DNA from: Chrysemys picta bellii
Taxonomy: Eukaryota
Assembly: GCF_011386835.1 (NCBI RefSeq)
Contig: NC_088800.1
Location: forward strand, 620,001-684,000
DNA: 64,000 nt
Direction of reading: 5' to 3'
Below, in pieces: positions 49,465-64,000 of this stretch (the first letter of the stretch is position 1; the number at the start of each line of letters is the position of its first letter). The translations under genes were made by a program, and so were the position numbers. The notes under the pieces are model-generated. The model was not told where the DNA came from and ran no database searches. It saw only the letters and a program-made list of their open reading frames with translations.

Positions 49465-49470
49465 ATTAAA
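49465..49470 (+). terminator. SERF2 polyadenylation signal
   Basis: ATTAAA in the context GTATTAAAGTAGCTTT, about 290 nt after the stop. Confidence 0.65.
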
Positions 49471-50607
49471 GTAGCTTTTGGATTCCTCAGGGGTGCTGGA
49501 TTATTTGTAGGTGTTTGTGACCCCGCAGAGCCTCCCCATGGAAGTGCCATTCCCTCCCTGCTCCTGCCCCTGAGGGGCTGCTTGCCTCATACAGGGGAGC
49601 TGGGAGGGCCCGAGCCCTCCCAAGCGGAAAGCATGGCCCTGGATCTAGCTCGCCCCAAGGCAGGGCTTAGAGGAATCTCTCACAGGAAGGGCAGGGGAAG
49701 CCACAGGCCAATGTACTGGCAGTACCAGAGCCTGACCCCACTCTCTCCTCCCCCCCCCCCCCCCGAGCTGTCAACAGGCAGTGAGGCTGCGTCTTTGGCC
49801 CCCAGGGCTCAAAGCTGGGTCCCAGCCCAGAGAAATGGGGGAGGCAGCGGTGGAGCCGGGGAGAGGGTGCAGAGCAGGCTTGATGTGTGTATATATATTT
49901 GGGGGGGGAGGGGTATGTGTCTGAGAGGCAGCGGGCTCAGACCTCCTCTCCCCTTGCTGGCTGCTTCCCTGGGCCTAGACCCTAGGCCAGGCTGACCCCA
50001 GCCCGCGGGGGGTGGAGCAAGCTGGCTGGTGCTAGGCGCTCATGGAGGAGGTGGCACCACAGCCCAGGTCAGGCATGAGCAGGGAAGCAGCAGTTTAGGT
50101 CCTACTGCCCCAAGCACTCAAAGGCAGGGGGCTGGGTGTAGGCCCAGGACGGAGGCCTATGGTTGGGTGAGCTGAGAGCCCCCCCTCCCTTACAGGGGGA
50201 GGGGACAGTCTCCACCCAGCCAGAGGGAGATTACCAAAATAATGTAGTGTTAAAGACGGCCTAGGCCCCAGGAGAGGCCAGAACAAGCCTGATGCCCATT
50301 TCTCTTCTCCCCTGTGCTGTAAGGCAAAGTAGCTACTAAGATACCCCCCTTGGCATAAGGGCCCATCTACCACACAGGGTCCATCCTCCCCCTGCCGGCC
50401 GGGGTGGGGCCACCTTCAGGATCCCCACCCCCTACTCCCGCCCCCACCCTCTGCTCCTAGTCCCGCCCCCAGCCCCGGCCTCAGGTACCGCGGCTGCCCC
50501 GGAGGGTCCGGAGTCTGCCCTGGGCCCCAGGAGCTCCGTGCCTATGCTGAGCTCTAGCCAGGCCAAGGGCTAGTGGGGTCCCCACCCACCCGGCCAAGCC
50601 TCCAGGC

Positions 50608-51190
50608 TACGGTTACCAACTTTCTAATGGCACAAAACTGAAACACCCTTGCCCCGCCCCCCCTCCCCTCTTTCCAGCCCCCACCCTCACTCACTTCCAC
50701 TGGGCTGGTGCAGGAGGCAGTGTGGGGTCCAGAAATGAGAGGTTCAGGATGCAGGGGGGGCCTCTGGGCTGGGGCCAAGGGGTTTGGAGTATGGGAGGGG
50801 GTGAGGGCTCCAGCTGGGGATGCAGGCTCTGGGGTGGGGCCCTGGATGAGGGGTTTGGGGTGCAGGAAGGGGCTCAGGGCAGGGGGTTGGGTGTGGGCAG
50901 AGTGCGGGTGCAGGGTGGGGTTCTGACCTGGGGCAGGGGGTTCAGGGTGTAGGTTCCAGCTGGGTGGCACTTACCTCAGCCGACTCCCAGTTGGCGGTAT
51001 AGTGGGGTAAGGCAGGCTCCCTGCCCGCCATGGCTCCGTGCTGCTCCCGGGAGCGGCCGGCATAGCCAGCCCCTAGGCGGAGGCACCAGCCAAGGGGAGC
51101 TGCGGAGCCAGCGCTTGGAGCTTCCCTGGCCGCCTCTGTGCCTCGGGTGCACAGGGACATGCTGGCCGCTTCCGGGAGGTGCGCGGAGCT
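50608..51190. mobile_element. hAT-like non-autonomous element, one end eroded
   Basis: Terminus TACGGTTACCAACTTTCTAAT; related to 58390-59108 in the opposite orientation. Confidence 0.55.
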
Positions 51191-53373
51191 CCCTTGCTAA
51201 GGAGAATGTAAGAACACTGCTCACGCCGGCTTCCTGGTGACTGGGATGGCACAGAACCTCTTCCCCGTATTAGCTACTACGGACCTAGGGCCGTCAATCT
51301 GACTGACACTGGTTATTTGAGCTCTTACATGTATTTCATAATGGACCAAAGTGTGATTGGGCAACTAACCATACAAGTTATCACCCTCCCCCAACACTGA
51401 GCCCTTCTCCAGCACCCTGCCTCCTCCCCCTCCAGGGCCAGCCCCAGCCCTGGCACCCCGCCCCTCCCCCAGTACTGTGCCTTTTCTCCGGGGCCCTTTA
51501 TTAGGCTGTGCTGGAGCACGAATAGCCCCCCCCACACACACACACACACACTGGCGCCCTGGCCTGGGGGTCAGAGAGGGTCTGGGAGCCCCCTCCGCTT
51601 GCTCTCCCTCGGCAGTTCTCTTCCTGCACCAGAACCTGGAGACCGACTACGAGTTCTGGCTTCGCAGAGCCACCAGCTGGGACCAGGCTGCCTGCCCAGC
51701 ACCGCCCTCCACTACCATGGAGCTGGACAGCAGGTACGTGGGGCTGTTCCCCTGCCCCAGGAGCCAGGAACGGTTCACCAGCCCCTGTGGCCAGCTCTGA
51801 GCATGAGACACAAGGCAGTGCCCACAGCCTCAATTCCCAACTGGCTGCGATGGGAGGGGAGCTGACGCAGTGCCCAGGATCCAGGAAGGGCCGAGCGGCA
51901 TTAAGTTAGGGCTCCCCGTTGGGGTGGAGCAGGGTGTGTGGGCGCCACCTCTGCGTCTCCTGCCTGCTACAGAACATGTGGGAGGCAGAACAAAATCAAG
52001 CAGTTCAGCGAGGGCTTTGTGAGGCCTAGGGCGCTGCCCGGGGCTGGAGGCCTGGCAATGCGCTGCTGCCAGGGGCAGCCTGTGACCCACATGTGGTGTC
52101 TTCCCTCCATTGGTCTGGGGTAGGGTCCTCAGGGAGCTGCTGTGACAGCCAAGTGAGAGCAGCCTACCAGAGCAGCTCCCTGCAGCACACGTGGGCCCAG
52201 GGCACTGCAAGCACCCCTCGGGAGGGAGGGAGGCAGATCAGCTCCCAATGCACCTGGGCAGGATCCTGCTGGAGCCCCACAGGCCCACCGAGGGCCAGCT
52301 CGGGTGAGGCCTGAACCAGGAGTGCGCCAAGACAGAGCTTCACCAGCACAGGCCCCAGCTCCCTCTGCCTGTGCCCTGTGGTCAGCCTAGCCAGCCCATT
52401 TCTCAACCCCCAAGGCCCTCTGCAGAGGGGCTGACCCTGCCTCCCCAAGTGCCCATCCCCTAGTTCCAGGCAGGCACTAGGGGGCCAGAGGGGGCTGGCC
52501 CCTGAGCCAGGGCCTGCAGGTACGCGTGCACAGTTCCACACAGGCTCAGCTCAAGGCTTTATGTAGAAACAGACCAGGAGTGATTTACAGTCCCGCTCGC
52601 CTTGCACGGCCTGACTGGAGGGCAGGCTGGTGTGGCTCCAGGAAGCAGGACAGTCACAGGAGGGGGGCAGCCAGGCCACAGCACCTGCAGGCGGGCTGGG
52701 GCAGAGCCTTACAGATGCCCTCTCAAGGCCAACAGAGCAGGAGCTGCAGCTGAGGTGTGAGGGGCATGGCGATAGCCCAGCCACTGCCCCGTGCTCTGGG
52801 CCTCACACGCCGCACATGAAAGACATTCTGCCAGAGGAGCCCCTGCCCCAGCTGGACCAGAGCGGGGCAGGTCGGACTAGCCGATGCTGCTCGAGACAGG
52901 CCAGTTCTGTGCGAGGTCCCTGAAGGCCAGCTCTCCGGCCTAGGCTTCCTTGACGATGGTTGGGGGACTCCATGCTGGGGCGATGTCCCCGGACCGCTGG
53001 CGCTGGGGGAGTTCCTGCCTGGGGGCGGCCCTGGGCCTGATCTGGGATCCTGCTTGAATTTCTCAGCAGTTTTCTGGACCCAATTTCTCAGCAGTTTTCT
53101 GGACCCAACAGCCGTGGGTGGGACGAAGCCGGGGTGGGTCATCCTCAAGGCAGAGGCAGAGCAGGGCTGGTGGGTGCCGTGCTTGCAGGCTCTTCGGTAC
53201 GTGGAGCCAGTCCAGAGTCATGGCTGGCAGGCAGGGAGGGCAGCCCTGCCCCCCTGATCCTGAACTGGCTGCTTGGGCCCTGCCCCCGGCCCCTCCCTCT
53301 CCATAGCCCTGCAGCCAGCTGCCCGGCCCAGCACCTGCCCAGCCCAGCACCTTGTCCAGTCCCAGCAGCAGGG

Positions 53374-63396
<10,023 letters not shown>

Positions 63397-64000
63397 TGGG
63401 GTGAGGGACATGGCTGGCTGCGCCCGGCCCCAGCTGCTCCTCCGGGGATGGCAAGGAGGCAGGCTCAGGGACGTCTCATGTTGGCACCAGCCCCAGTGGG
63501 AAGGGGCTGTCCTGGCCCAGAAGAGGCCCAAGGGGCTGCACTGAGGCTGCTGCGTCTTTCCTGGACGGGTCCCTGTTGAATGGCCAGTGCGAAGGGGGAG
63601 CCGAGCTGAGCTGCTCCTCAATGGGATTAGTGGGGGATTGGGAGGCTCTGGCCAGCCCTGGCCATCTGTTCCTGCCGGCGGGCTGGGGGCAGCGCTGCAG
63701 GGCAGGGCCAAGCCTGCACAGGCTCCTTGCCCCCAGCTGATGCCAGACAGAGAGACAGAGCTGCCCTGGGCCCATCCACCCCCTGCCCTGGACAGCTCCC
63801 CAACATGCCTCTCCAGCAGAACACAGCCCCTTTCCTCCCTCCCCAGCTGCCATTGACTGCCCCAGGCCTTCCAGGGGGTGGCTGTCCCGCTCTGGGAGGG
63901 ATTAGGGCTGCTAATTGACTTAGGGTTTCCAGACTCACCTCATGGGGGGTGGGCAGAGCCCAGGAGATGGGGCAGGCCCTGCCCACTACCTCCCCATGGA

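Noticed and set aside
51212-51400. Stop-free stretch RLPGDWDG...YMYFIMDQSV as an upstream exon for the orphan exons
   Set aside because: No convincing acceptor, and an in-frame TAA lies just upstream. A GTGTGA donor near 51351 could join an acceptor at 51616, but support is too weak.
63400-64000. Expected HYPK first exon upstream of SERINC4
   Set aside because: No recognisable HYPK coding sequence; it probably lies beyond the window.

Overview
Eukaryotic genomic DNA, almost certainly from a turtle (tortoise-type tRNA-derived PolIII SINEs with CR1 tails, plus hAT MITEs, LTRs and Penelope remnants). It is syntenic with human 15q15.3. Six spliced genes were reconstructed by hand from GT-AG sites and codon phase: the 5' end of CATSPER2 (-), PDIA3 (+, 13 exons, 500 aa), ELL3 (-, 12 exons, 527 aa), an FKBP8-like paralog with no counterpart I know of in the human locus (+, 8 coding exons, about 400 aa), SERF2 (+, 3 exons, 59 aa) and SERINC4 (-, 12 exons, about 498 aa). 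Most ORFs in the supplied track are GC-rich or repeat artefacts. Best leads: (1) the FKBP8 paralog head-to-head with ELL3, a likely ohnolog of the human ELL-FKBP8 pair, with a second acceptor predicting an isoform without the membrane anchor; (2) ELL3 apparently retaining the central ELL/ELL2-type domain; (3) a solo LTR that displaces and replaces a SERINC4 branch point; (4) a 48-bp VNTR carrying five CTCF-type motifs; (5) Penelope-type minimal hammerhead ribozymes; (6) a roughly 30-copy G-rich VNTR in SERF2 intron 1; (7) two orphan phase-compatible exons between SERF2 and SERINC4. Gene identities rest on recalled homolog sequences; no database search was run.
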